Positions 9,185-18,192 of a stretch of DNA of 64,000 bases are shown piece after piece. This DNA comes from a candidate division FCPU426 bacterium. Its GTDB lineage: Bacteria > Oederibacteriota > Muellerivitia > Muellerivitales > Muellerivitaceae. Position 1 is the stretch's first letter, and each line of letters starts with the position of its first letter. Below the pieces are notes generated by a model that had not been told where the DNA came from, ran no database searches, and worked only from the letters and a program-made list of their open reading frames with translations. Location of the stretch: the NCBI GenBank assembly GCA_963847625.1, contig CAWKAR010000041.1, positions 21,138 through 85,137 on the forward strand. Direction: 5' to 3'. The translations under genes and the position numbers were made by a program.

Positions 9185-9709
9185 ATGAGGGTATTAATCG
9201 GGATTTTAATCGGGTGCCTCCTGGGATTCGGCTATTACAAGCTGGTGGGTTGCCCCACAGGCGGCTGCCCCATCACTTCCAATCCCTGGACCAGCACTCT
9301 TTACGGGGCCCTGATGGGCCTCTTGATCGCGACATCCGGCGGATCTTTCGGCGCCGGCACTGACACAAAAAAGGAGGAGACCATGAAAGACACAAAGGAA
9401 TTCACGGTGCAGAACTGGGACAAGGAGGTTTTGAAATCCAGCAAGCCGGTATTGGTGGATTTTTGGGCCCCTTGGTGCGGTCCCTGTCGGATGCAAGGCC
9501 CCATTGTGGAGCAGTTAGCCAAGGACATGGGCGATTCGGCGGTAATAGGGAAGCTCAACAGCGACGACAATCCTGAAATTGCCGCGCAGTACGGAATCCG
9601 GGGCATTCCCACCTTGATGGTTTTCCTCAACGGCAAACCCAAGAGGACCTTTGTGGGCGTGACCCAGTCCGAGGCGCTCAAGGCGGCCTTGCAGGAAGCG
9701 CTGAATTGA
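9185..9709 (+). CDS. trxA: DUF6132-like membrane peptide fused in frame to thioredoxin (internal start at 9383)
   Basis: GYY..VGCPTGGCPITSNPW N-terminal module; VLVDFWAPWCGPC and GIPTL thioredoxin motifs; AAGGAGG RBS before internal ATG 9383. Confidence 0.88.
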   Translation: MRVLIGILIGCLLGFGYYKLVGCPTGGCPITSNPWTSTLYGALMGLLIATSGGSFGAGTDTKKEETMKDTKEFTVQNWDKEVLKSSKPVLVDFWAPWCGPCRMQGPIVEQLAKDMGDSAVIGKLNSDDNPEIAAQYGIRGIPTLMVFLNGKPKRTFVGVTQSEALKAALQEALN

Positions 9710-9724
9710 AAAATGAATCCGCAC

Positions 9725-9753
9725 TGGGGGCAGTCAAGGGGGGCCTGCCCCCA
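9725..9753. terminator. GC-rich hairpin after thioredoxin
   Basis: TGGGGGCAG ... CTGCCCCCA inverted repeat; weak U-tract. Confidence 0.4.
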
Positions 9754-9825
9754 ACCCTTTCCTCATAGGAGGCGGGGTAGGTTATTTTCATGTGATGAGA
9801 TTCAACTAGTTATACTAAGGATTGC

Positions 9826-10293
9826 ATGAGTCGAAAAACTGATTTTTTATCAAAAAATAACCGATGGGGAAAATCCTTGTTATGGGTCCCGACGGTCCTA
9901 CTCTTGCTAAGTTTTCTTGGGGCCGGCATGGCCCTCGCGAAAGACAAGGCAAAACCCAGGCAGTCGGGCGTAATGATCTTAACGGCCGCCAACTGGAATA
10001 AAGCCGTGCTTAGGGTCAAGAAACCCGTTCTGGTGGACTTCTGGGCCACCTAGTGCGGCCCTTGCCGGATGCAGGGACTCATCGTGGAAAAAGTGGCGCA
10101 GGAAATCGGGGACAAGGCGTTGGTGGGCAAGCTCGACACCGACGATAACCGGGAAATCGCAGCCAGGTACGGGATCATGTACATTCCAACCTTGATAGTT
10201 TTCAAACACGGTAAAATCCAGGCGCGTTTCACTTCGGTGACAAGGGGAAGCACCCTCCTGGCCGCGCTTAGGAAGGCAAGGAAAAAACCATGA
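9826..10293 (+). pseudogene. Signal-peptide-bearing thioredoxin paralog interrupted by in-frame TAG (10051-10053)
   Basis: VLVDFWAT*CGPCRMQG... continues in frame as a complete thioredoxin. TAG sits where TGG (Trp) is expected. Confidence 0.8.
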
Positions 10294-10940
10294 AGCAGTC
10301 CTCGGAACAAATGCAACGTGATTTCGACAAAGAAGCCTCATCCTGGGACGAGAATCCGGGGCGTGTGAAGCTCGCGGCGGACGTGGCGGAGGCTATCAAG
10401 AACCATGTGCCGATCAGGAACGACATGGATGTTTTGGATTTCGGCTGCGGAACCGGGTTGGTCACGCTCCATCTCCAACCCCTCGTGGGAACCATCACGG
10501 GCATGGACAGTTCCCAAGGCATGCTCGGGGTCCTGCGGGATAAGGCCGAAAAAAGGGGATTGAAAAACGTAAAAACCAAATTCCTGGACTTGGAAAAGGG
10601 CGGTGTGCTGGAGGGCTGTTACCACCTCATTGTCAGCAGTATGGCCCTGCACCACGTTCCGGAAACGGCCGAGTTGATTTCGAAGTTCCACGCAATTTTA
10701 AAGCCAAGAGGGGTCCTGGCCCTGGCGGACCTGGATCCGGATGGGGGGCTCTTTCACGAGGACAACACCGGGGTTTTCCACCAAGGTTTCGACCGCTCGG
10801 AACTGGCATCCATTTATCGGCAGGCGAGTTTCGAGAATGTCCAGGATTGGACGGCGGCCCAGGTGGTGAAACCCGCGCCCAGAGGCGGGACCAGGAATTT
10901 CACGGTGTTTCTCATGACCGGCGATAAAAAAGGCCGGTGA
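10290..10940 (+). CDS. Class I SAM-dependent methyltransferase
   Basis: VLDFGCGTG motif I; YHLIVSSMALHH; LKPRGVLALAD. Confidence 0.9.
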   Translation: MKQSSEQMQRDFDKEASSWDENPGRVKLAADVAEAIKNHVPIRNDMDVLDFGCGTGLVTLHLQPLVGTITGMDSSQGMLGVLRDKAEKRGLKNVKTKFLDLEKGGVLEGCYHLIVSSMALHHVPETAELISKFHAILKPRGVLALADLDPDGGLFHEDNTGVFHQGFDRSELASIYRQASFENVQDWTAAQVVKPAPRGGTRNFTVFLMTGDKKGR

Positions 10941-10992
10941 ACGGTTCTGGAAACTGAAATTTTGATATGAATTCAAACGGGGAGGAGAAAAA

Positions 10993-11184
10993 ATGAAAAA
11001 CGTGGGATCTTACGACAGGTTGATCCGGTTCATCGCGGCGGGCGTCCTGATCGCCGACGGTTTTTTTGAGGCGGGAACAACCAGGTACGTCTTGTGGGCT
11101 GTTTCGCTGATACCTTTAGCCACCGCCACCTTCAGGTTTTGCCCCTTATGGGTGCCGTTCAAGATCAACACTTATAAAAAATAA
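10993..11184 (+). CDS. DUF2892 (YgaP-like) small membrane protein
   Basis: MKNVGSYDRLIR...FRFCPLW..FKINT signature; GGAGG RBS. Confidence 0.9.
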   Translation: MKNVGSYDRLIRFIAAGVLIADGFFEAGTTRYVLWAVSLIPLATATFRFCPLWVPFKINTYKK

Positions 11185-11484
11185 GCGATTGGATTAAAGA
11201 CCCAATAACACTAACCGGTTTTTCTTCGATCGTTCCCAAGGCCTGGAACCTGCTGGGAGGTTACCTTTCCTATTTGCGCCTTTATCCCCAAGGCCCGGTT
11301 GCGAATTAGAAAAATCATCGTATCTTCAATAACTCTCCCCGTTTTTCCTAAAAAAGATAATATAAAAACAATTTAGCAGCAATAAAGACGGCTCGCGGTT
11401 TGTTTGCCGGACCCTTCGGCGATTTCACCGGCAGTTTCGTTATCTGTTCGATCAAACTTGGGGACCCACTCGTTCTTTTTCCAT

Positions 11485-12393
11485 TTAAGCGAAAAAAGTT
11501 TTCGGGTTTTCGCAGGTTTCCACTTCCGGCTCCAAGGTAACGTGCTGGATGCCCCACTTCTCATGCAGGTATGTTTTGAGGCTCTTGATGAGGCCGGCCA
11601 CGGCTGAAGCGTCGGTTTTAGGGTTTACCACGACATGGGCCGTGAAAAGGCGTTGACCAGGGCCGTTTTCCCAGAGATGGACATGGTGAATGTGGATACC
11701 CGGGAACACCAGGGCCACATCCTTGGCCACTTCCCCCGAATCCATATCGTGCGGAACCCCCTCCAAGAGGGTTGAAAATGTCATGCGCAGGAGCCTGAAA
11801 GCGCCGAAAAATATCAAGAAACCGATAGCTAACGCGGTGAACGGGTCCAGCCAAGGTCCTGCCGCGGTGCGGGCGAACAATGCCGCCATCACCACGGCAA
11901 GGGAGGAAAGGGTATCCTGGATCATATGAAGGAAGGAGCTTCGCACGTTGACGTCGTCGCGGTCGTGACGGCGCAGCAGTAGCACCGACCCCGCGTTCGC
12001 GGCCAGCGCCAACAGGGCCACCGTTAACATGATGCCTTGGGAGGGCGGGTGAGGTTGACACAGCCTTTGGATGACTTCCCGGGTGATAAGAGCGGCTATG
12101 ACGAAAAGGACGACGGCGTTGGTGGTGGCCGCGATCACCTCCGCCCGCTTGAAACCATAGGTGTGGCGGGAGGTGGCCGGGAGGCGCCCGATCCGGCGGG
12201 CGCTAATGGTCAGGAGAAGGGCCACCACGTCCCCGAAATTGTGCGCTGAATCCGAGAGGAGCGCCAGGCTCCCCGAGAAAAGGCCGCCCAGGAGTTCCCC
12301 CAAGCTGATGGCCGAGTTCAGGAGGAAGGAAATCCAAAGCCTTCGGTCGAGGTTCGGGTGGATGGGAGGTTGCGGTTCATGGACATGGCTCAT
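11485..12393 (-). CDS. Cation diffusion facilitator (CzcD/ZitB-like) metal efflux transporter
   Basis: SLALLSDSAHN, TYGFKRAE, FLHMIQD, HHVHLW, HVTLEPE motifs. Confidence 0.93.
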   Translation of the reverse strand: MSHVHEPQPPIHPNLDRRLWISFLLNSAISLGELLGGLFSGSLALLSDSAHNFGDVVALLLTISARRIGRLPATSRHTYGFKRAEVIAATTNAVVLFVIAALITREVIQRLCQPHPPSQGIMLTVALLALAANAGSVLLLRRHDRDDVNVRSSFLHMIQDTLSSLAVVMAALFARTAAGPWLDPFTALAIGFLIFFGAFRLLRMTFSTLLEGVPHDMDSGEVAKDVALVFPGIHIHHVHLWENGPGQRLFTAHVVVNPKTDASAVAGLIKSLKTYLHEKWGIQHVTLEPEVETCENPKTFFA

Positions 12394-12457
12394 GGCGGCC
12401 TACCTTCATACGGTTGGATTTTCTTTCCCCGATATTAACGGATGAAGAAAGAAAAAC

Positions 12458-13273
12458 CTAAAAACCTTCGGCTACGATCTTGATGCTGATGGTGGGATCT
12501 GCCTTCCTGCGCTTGTAAACGACTTCTTCCATATCCTCCAGGACCGGGACCACCGCCTCGCCCGCGCCGATCAGGCTCAAGTGGGCGGATTTCAAGGTGC
12601 CGGGATAGCTGTGAAGACCCGCGAAGTGCTTGGGGGACTGGTGGATGTAGGTATAGCCCTGGGGATCGTAGCGGCAGGCGGATTCGATCACCGGCTTCTG
12701 TTCGCCTTTGTTCAAGGCCTTCGTCAGCATGACTTCCAGGCTGTCCTCGTCCAATCGACGATCTGAAATGTCGAAAAACACGGAGGATACGCAATAATTC
12801 TTTTTAGGCGCCAAACGGAACTTTTTAGACGCCTCTTGGACCGAATGGAACAACTTTTCGGGTTCCTCCTGATGAGCCATTTCCTTGCTGACGATCTCGC
12901 TCAAGCTGACGGTCTTCACCGGTTCCCCAATGATCTGGTTGCTTCTTTCGAACATCAGCTTTCCGTCCTTTTCGGGACTGCAGGTATAGAGTTCGTCAAT
13001 CAACTTTTTAGACGCGGGGTCGTATATTAGGACCCGGTGGGACTCCGAAAGGATCCAGGAATATTTCAACACATCCTCCGCTCCCACATTCCCGAGGCCG
13101 GGATAGGGGACAAAATCCAGGATAATGAAATTGTTTTTCAGGACTGTTTCAGTGCCGAATTCTAGCAGAGCTGAACACCGTTTTTTCACGTCCCCGGGGA
13201 AAGAGACGTTCTCATAAACCGAGAAAAGACCCGTGCCTTTGGCGTATTTTGAATCATCAAAGGATTCAATCAT
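12458..13273 (-). CDS. Hypothetical protein
   Basis: 271-aa ORF filling the gap in a minus-strand operon; no family recognised. Confidence 0.65.
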   Translation of the reverse strand: MIESFDDSKYAKGTGLFSVYENVSFPGDVKKRCSALLEFGTETVLKNNFIILDFVPYPGLGNVGAEDVLKYSWILSESHRVLIYDPASKKLIDELYTCSPEKDGKLMFERSNQIIGEPVKTVSLSEIVSKEMAHQEEPEKLFHSVQEASKKFRLAPKKNYCVSSVFFDISDRRLDEDSLEVMLTKALNKGEQKPVIESACRYDPQGYTYIHQSPKHFAGLHSYPGTLKSAHLSLIGAGEAVVPVLEDMEEVVYKRRKADPTISIKIVAEGF

Positions 13274-13336
13274 TGGGTTTTTGCGCGGCCTTTCTTAAAC
13301 GGTTGGGAATGTGCGTTATTCAAAGCAGATTCATTT

Positions 13337-13735
13337 TTAGTGTTTGGAACACTGTGAGGACGAATAATCTTGTCCGGCCCCATGGCCGCCGCAGCATTCC
13401 GCCATGGTCGCGGCCTGGAGGCTGTTTGATTTATATCCCGTGACGACTTCTCCCACCGTGCGGTGTTCGGAAATAAACACCTGGATACCGGCGGCTTGGA
13501 GTTTGTGAAGGGCCCCCTTTCCAATGCCCCCAACCACGACGCCGTCGACAGTTTCGCCGGATAGCGATTGGACGGGCCGGCATTCCCCGTGCTCGTGGTG
13601 TTGTGACTGTGGGGGGAGAGAACGGCAATTTCCGCTTTCAGTATCAACGATCAGGAATTGGGGAGCGGAGCCGAAATGACGGCTGATCTCGCTTTGAAGA
13701 CCATTGTTTTCTTGGACTGGAATGCAGAGTTTCAT
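13337..13735 (-). CDS. NifB/NifX-family (dinitrogenase FeMo-co domain) protein
   Basis: AGGAG RBS; MKLCIP...HFGSAPQFLIVD...VVVGGIGKGA; His/Cys-rich tail. Confidence 0.9.
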   Translation of the reverse strand: MKLCIPVQENNGLQSEISRHFGSAPQFLIVDTESGNCRSLPPQSQHHEHGECRPVQSLSGETVDGVVVGGIGKGALHKLQAAGIQVFISEHRTVGEVVTGYKSNSLQAATMAECCGGHGAGQDYSSSQCSKH

Positions 13736-13773
13736 GGGGTTGACTCCTTTGAAAAACAGATTCAATCAAATCT

Positions 13774-13801
13774 ATTATGAGCATATGTTCATTACGGTCA
13801 A
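13774..13801 (-). promoter_or_regulatory. Promoter of the NifX-like operon with palindromic operator in the spacer
   Basis: Minus strand TTGACC-N16-CATAAT; palindrome ATGAGCATATGTTCAT (13777-13792). Confidence 0.6.
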
Positions 13802-13892
13802 GGGAAAAATTCGGAGCATTGTATATTTTGGGTAGATATGGGAAATAATAGAAAAAGGTAAAAGGTTAGGAACATTCAGGGATGTAAAAGGG

Positions 13893-14198
13893 TTACTTTG
13901 TTTTTTGTGACGAATTTTTAATTTCTGCCTGAATTTGAAGGGCATTACCCTTGACCAGGGCCGAGGCGACTTTCTTTCGGGCCGACTCGAGGATGCGCCC
14001 GAAAGTGGGACGGGAGATACCCATTTTTTTCGCGGCCTTCTCGTGGTAAAGGCCCTCGTAATCGGCGAGGCGCAGGGATTCCATTTCATCGGCTTCCAAG
14101 CGGATTTCCTCCAACTCGTCCATTGGAATGCCCCGGGGCTTGAAATAATTCGAGTCGGGGCGGCATTCGATGCGGCGTGGGCAGCGTGGTCTGGGCAT
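13893..14198 (-). CDS. DUF134 HTH DNA-binding protein
   Basis: MPRPRCPRRI...YFKPRG...EMESLRLADYEGLYHEKAAKKMGISRPTFGRILESARKKVA. Confidence 0.93.
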   Translation of the reverse strand: MPRPRCPRRIECRPDSNYFKPRGIPMDELEEIRLEADEMESLRLADYEGLYHEKAAKKMGISRPTFGRILESARKKVASALVKGNALQIQAEIKNSSQKTK

Positions 14199-14330
14199 GT
14201 TTTCTCCGGCGCCTATCATAAACCGGCGCGGAAAAACCGCAAGGGGCCGCCTGAAAAACTGTGTGGGGCGACTATTCCGAACCAAACCAGAAATGATTCA
14301 ACCTGGTCAGTGGAAGACCGAATTCATTGC

Positions 14331-14517
14331 TTGCACAAGGCGATGATCTCTGGTATGAAAAACAGGTTGATTGGGTCCGCCGGCGGCAGGACCGGCGCGC
14401 CCAAGAGGATTATCTCGGCGACTTCCCCGCGCAAACGGCCCGGGTTCCCACCCGCCGCTAGAACACCCACCCCCAGCGCCGAAGACCTGAACCTGCCCAT
14501 GAAAGGAAGTCCATCCT
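14331..14517 (+). promoter_or_regulatory. Promoter plus ~150-nt structured 5' leader (riboswitch candidate)
   Basis: TTGCAC-N17-TATGAA; hairpin 14371-14404; TCGGCG/CGCCGA pairing. No known riboswitch consensus recognised. Confidence 0.35.
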
Positions 14518-15693
14518 ATGGCTCATGACCCGCTGACACCCTACGGAAACCGGCCGATGGTGACCCCCATCGTCAACGCCGTGAATTACGAATATCTCTC
14601 GTTCGAGGTGTTGCGCCAAATCACCGACGGCGAGATCGACGGTTACACCTACCACCGCGACGACAACCCGACCGTGAGGCACGTGGAAAAACAAATCGCG
14701 GCCCTGGAGGGCGCGGAAGACTGCATCGTCTGCACGACCGGCATGGCGGCCTGCACCATGGTGTTCCTGACCTACTTGAACGCGGGCGACCACTTGATCC
14801 TTTTCCGCGACATTTACGGCGCGAACTACAAGGTTTCCCTCATCCTGGAGCGCCTCGGCGTGAAGATCACCTGGCTTGATTCCGAGGACGTGCCGCGCAT
14901 CAAAAAGCACCTTCGCCCGCGCACGCGCATGATTTTCCTGGAAACGCCCACCAACCCGCTTTGCAAGGTCATCGACATCGCCGCGGTCCGGAAGGCGGCT
15001 GACACCGTCAAGGCCATGCTTGTGGTCGACAACACCTTCGCCACGCCCTATCACCAAAAGCCGCTCAAGATGGGGGCCGACCTGGTCGTGCACAGCGCCA
15101 CCAAGGCGCTGGGGGGCCATAACGACCTGATGGCCGGGGCCATCGCCGGGTCGAAAGAGCACTACAACGACCTATGGTTCACGCGGCAGGCCATCGGCAC
15201 GACGCTGGACGCCTACTCCGCCTTCCTGCTGGACCGGGGCCTCAAGACCTTCGACATACGCGCCGACGCCATGGCGCGGGGTGGCCAGGCCGTGGCGAAG
15301 TTCCTGTCGAAGCAACCCCAGATTTCCCGCCTCTCCTATCCGGGGCTGCCCGGCACCCCCGGCCACGAAGTGGCCAAGCGCCAGATGCGCAAGGGCTTCG
15401 GCGGCATGATGGCCTTCGACGTGGGCAAGGACGAGGAGGACGCCAAGCGTTTCATCGTGGCCTTGAAAGTGATTTACCACGCCGTGAGCCTGGGGGCCAC
15501 CGAGACGCTCATCTGCATCCCGTACCTGACCACCATGCTTTATATGCCGCCCGAACTGCGCCCCCTTTGCGGGGTCAAAAAGAACACCGTCCGTCTGGCC
15601 CTGGGAATCGAACCGGCCGATAAGCTGGTGGCGGACTTGAAGCAGGCGTTGGCTTGCGTGTCGAAACCCACCAGGGTGGGCACCAAGAAATAA
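14518..15693 (+). CDS. Cys/Met metabolism PLP-dependent enzyme (cystathionine gamma-synthase/lyase family)
   Basis: NPT...LEGAE...GMAA, FLETPTNP, VVDNTFATP, VHSATKALGGHND (PLP Lys), SLG, RLALGIE. Confidence 0.93.
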   Translation: MAHDPLTPYGNRPMVTPIVNAVNYEYLSFEVLRQITDGEIDGYTYHRDDNPTVRHVEKQIAALEGAEDCIVCTTGMAACTMVFLTYLNAGDHLILFRDIYGANYKVSLILERLGVKITWLDSEDVPRIKKHLRPRTRMIFLETPTNPLCKVIDIAAVRKAADTVKAMLVVDNTFATPYHQKPLKMGADLVVHSATKALGGHNDLMAGAIAGSKEHYNDLWFTRQAIGTTLDAYSAFLLDRGLKTFDIRADAMARGGQAVAKFLSKQPQISRLSYPGLPGTPGHEVAKRQMRKGFGGMMAFDVGKDEEDAKRFIVALKVIYHAVSLGATETLICIPYLTTMLYMPPELRPLCGVKKNTVRLALGIEPADKLVADLKQALACVSKPTRVGTKK

Positions 15694-15811
15694 AAAGGGT
15701 TTCTCCGGCAATTTTGCGGCCGGACCCAATTGATAAGCCGGTCAAACTCCATCCGCTAACCCGGTTCCAGGAGGCCGCTAACGCTTTAAAATTCAGGTTG
15801 AAAGGCTGCCT

Positions 15812-16222
15812 ATGGGGAAAGTTTACAAACAAATCGATAAACGGGTCGCTTCCCGGCTCGATACCCAAATATCGGTCATCATCAGGGAGATGGATGGTGA
15901 GGATGAAATAGAAAGGCTTCTTGACCGGGATAAGAAGGAAATAAAAACCGACACGTTGAATATAAGCCTAAGCGGCATGTCCCTGGTGGGGTGCAAGACG
16001 CTAAAGGTCGGCGAAAAATTGAACCTTGATATTATGCTTCCCGGCACGACAGTCATAATAAGGGCCATTGCCGAAGTGGTCAGGTCGAACGAAAAGGGCG
16101 CGGGCATCCATTTCCTGGCCATGAAAAAAGGTGGGATGAAAACCTTGAAAACTTATCTCGATGATGTCGCCTCTAAAAGCAATCAAAAAAAGGGGTTGTT
16201 TTCCCGATGGTTACATTTTTAA
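15812..16222 (+). CDS. PilZ-domain c-di-GMP-binding protein
   Basis: DKRVASR (RxxxR) and NISLSG (D/NxSxxG) motifs; AEVVR...GIHF. Confidence 0.88.
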   Translation: MGKVYKQIDKRVASRLDTQISVIIREMDGEDEIERLLDRDKKEIKTDTLNISLSGMSLVGCKTLKVGEKLNLDIMLPGTTVIIRAIAEVVRSNEKGAGIHFLAMKKGGMKTLKTYLDDVASKSNQKKGLFSRWLHF

Positions 16223-16403
16223 AGACCAAAATATTTAAGAAGTTGGATTTCGGGCGCTCGGGTTGTGGTCAGCCTAAAGTGAAAAATGTCCGCACCGCAT
16301 GCCGAACCTCTATTAGGCTTTCAATGAAAGTTCGGTATAGTACCAATCACATTATCTGTTTTATGGAGAATTGGCACCGCGTAGGGCAGGGCTTCGGGTC
16401 GCC

Positions 16404-16434
16404 ACTTGGGCGGGGCATGGAACCCCGCCCAAGT
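16404..16434. repeat. REP-like GC-rich palindrome
   Basis: Perfect 12-bp stem ACTTGGGCGGGG/CCCCGCCCAAGT with 7-nt loop, preceded by GTAGGGCAGGG at 16381. Confidence 0.45.
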
Positions 16435-16614
16435 ACACGGCTAGGCCCCCGGGCATGCCGACATTCAATAAGATGTCAAAAGTGGCCGGTATAGTACCGA
16501 TTTCCATATAGGCTTTTTTGATGAATCGGCACAAGCCCGGGGCCTTTGCAGTCGGTAAAATCCTTGCCGAACCGGTAACCTATATTGGAATAGACCGAAA
16601 GGAGGCTGTGCTGT

Positions 16615-16643
16615 TTGAATAAATGTATCAAATCGGATACAAT
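16615..16643 (+). promoter_or_regulatory. Toxin-antitoxin promoter with operator; probably leaderless transcript
   Basis: TTGAAT-N17-TACAAT; TGTATC-N6-GATACA palindrome (16624-16641); ATG at 16650 lies 7 nt after the -10. Confidence 0.65.
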
Positions 16644-16649
16644 TACCAC

Positions 16650-17033
16650 ATGAATGAGGGATGGACCGTAAAATATTTCTACACCGAAGACGGAAAAGTC
16701 CCTTTTTCTGAATGGTTTAATAAATTGGATGTTTCGGTTCGGAAAAAGGTAGACCCTTACATCACCAGGATGCGCGCCGGGAATTTTAGTAATTGCAAAC
16801 CGCTCAAGGGAATCCCGGATATTTGCGAACTTGTCATGGATTTCGGCCCCGGATATAGGGCCTATTACATTAGAGCGGGAAAGGTTTTGCTCTTGATGTT
16901 TTGCGGCGGCATTAAGAAGGGGCAAAAGGCGGACGTAAATAAAGCCGTTAAATACCATGGGGATTTCAAGAAACGCTTGAAGGCTGGGAAGTACCACGAA
17001 CCGGAATTGGGGGAACAGCATGAGAAAACCTAA
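16650..17033 (+). CDS. Type II TA toxin, RelE/ParE superfamily (addiction-module killer, HI1419-like)
   Basis: YTEDGKVPFSEWF...GNFSNCKPL...DFGPGYRAYY...LMFCGG. Confidence 0.88.
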   Translation: MNEGWTVKYFYTEDGKVPFSEWFNKLDVSVRKKVDPYITRMRAGNFSNCKPLKGIPDICELVMDFGPGYRAYYIRAGKVLLLMFCGGIKKGQKADVNKAVKYHGDFKKRLKAGKYHEPELGEQHEKT

Positions 17034-17367
17034 TACTGATTACAAAACCGATCTTATTGAAAGATTAAAAAACCGGGAATACGCGATGGATTATCTCCGG
17101 GAATCCTTCAATTTAAGCCTGGAAGATGGCGACGGCGCAACCTACCAATTGGCGCTAAGGGACGTAGCCGAGGCGCAAGGGGGTGTCGCCGTTATTTCCA
17201 AGCGGGCTGGAATGCAACGTGAGAACACCTACCGGGTTTTATCGAAGGAACGTAATCCCCGTTTCGACAGCATCCTCAAATTATCCAAAGCCGTGGGCTT
17301 TGACTTGTCGAATCAGAAGATAAAATGGGATAAAAAACACCATCCGCCTTTAGCTGTTGCCCATTAA
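17020..17367 (+). CDS. Addiction-module antidote (HI1420-like HTH antitoxin)
   Basis: YAMDYL...ALRDVAEAQGG...RENTYRVLSKERNPRFDS; overlaps the toxin end. Confidence 0.9.
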   Translation: MRKPNTDYKTDLIERLKNREYAMDYLRESFNLSLEDGDGATYQLALRDVAEAQGGVAVISKRAGMQRENTYRVLSKERNPRFDSILKLSKAVGFDLSNQKIKWDKKHHPPLAVAH

Positions 17368-17563
17368 TATTGCGACCCTGAACTCCGGGAGAGCTGGTAG
17401 AAGGAAAAAGGGGCCAAACATTCAACACTTTAAAATTTACTTGGTATTCCCCGAACATTTTGCGAAGGATTAGAAAACTCTTACGATAGATCTCCCACAA
17501 TTTCTTCCGCGAAGTTCCATGATTTCAGGCACCTATTTCCCGTCCGGGAAACAGGGGTTCTTT

Positions 17564-18043
17564 TTAACCGCCGTATTTCCAGCCGGTCGAGGACAGCAGA
17601 AGCGGGCCCTTGGCCGGGCCCAGTTCCGCCCCGACCACTTCCGCCACGAAAACCGCGTGGTCGCCCCGTTCCACCAGATCCGTGACCCGGCACTCCAGAT
17701 AACCGGCCATCGACGGGAAAAAGGGGAATTCCAGGACCCGGCTGGGCAGGAAGCGCTCCCCGGCCAAGAAGTCCCCCTCGGGTTCCACGTGCTTGAAAAG
17801 TTTCTGGGCCAGGTCCTTCTGGCCCGCCCCCAGGTAATTCACCAGGAAGGCGCCGGCGGTTTTCACCACCCGGAAGGTATGGGAATCAGCCTTCAGGGCG
17901 GTCATGACCAGGGGCGGCTTGAGGGAGGCCTGGGAAAACCAAGTGATGGTGGAGGCGGCCATGAGGCCGCCCGCCCGCGCCGTGATGACGTAGAGGGCGT
18001 CGGGAATCATGAGCAGAAGTTTTTTCTTGGCAGATTCGTCCAT
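17564..18043 (-). CDS. Flavin reductase family protein
   Basis: ALYVIT, TWFSQASLKPP, YLECRV...GDHAVFVAEVV. Confidence 0.92.
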   Translation of the reverse strand: MDESAKKKLLLMIPDALYVITARAGGLMAASTITWFSQASLKPPLVMTALKADSHTFRVVKTAGAFLVNYLGAGQKDLAQKLFKHVEPEGDFLAGERFLPSRVLEFPFFPSMAGYLECRVTDLVERGDHAVFVAEVVGAELGPAKGPLLLSSTGWKYGG

Positions 18044-18192
18044 AAAGACCTCGGGAAGTAGTTTTTATAAGATTTAACCGATTTTGACAACCCCAATCCA
18101 TAAAAACCGGTTTTGTTCCCCACGTATTATATTTGTAGGGAAAAGGGCTCCGTGTTAAACTTCAAAACCCTGAATAACATCGGGAAATTCCC

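Noticed and set aside
10051..10053. Selenocysteine or genome-wide stop-codon reassignment
   Set aside because: Codon is TAG at a Trp position; TAG, TGA and TAA all terminate conserved genes in this window.
13337..13735. Nitrogen fixation gene
   Set aside because: Stand-alone NifX-like domains with DUF134 are common in non-diazotrophs; no nifHDK here.
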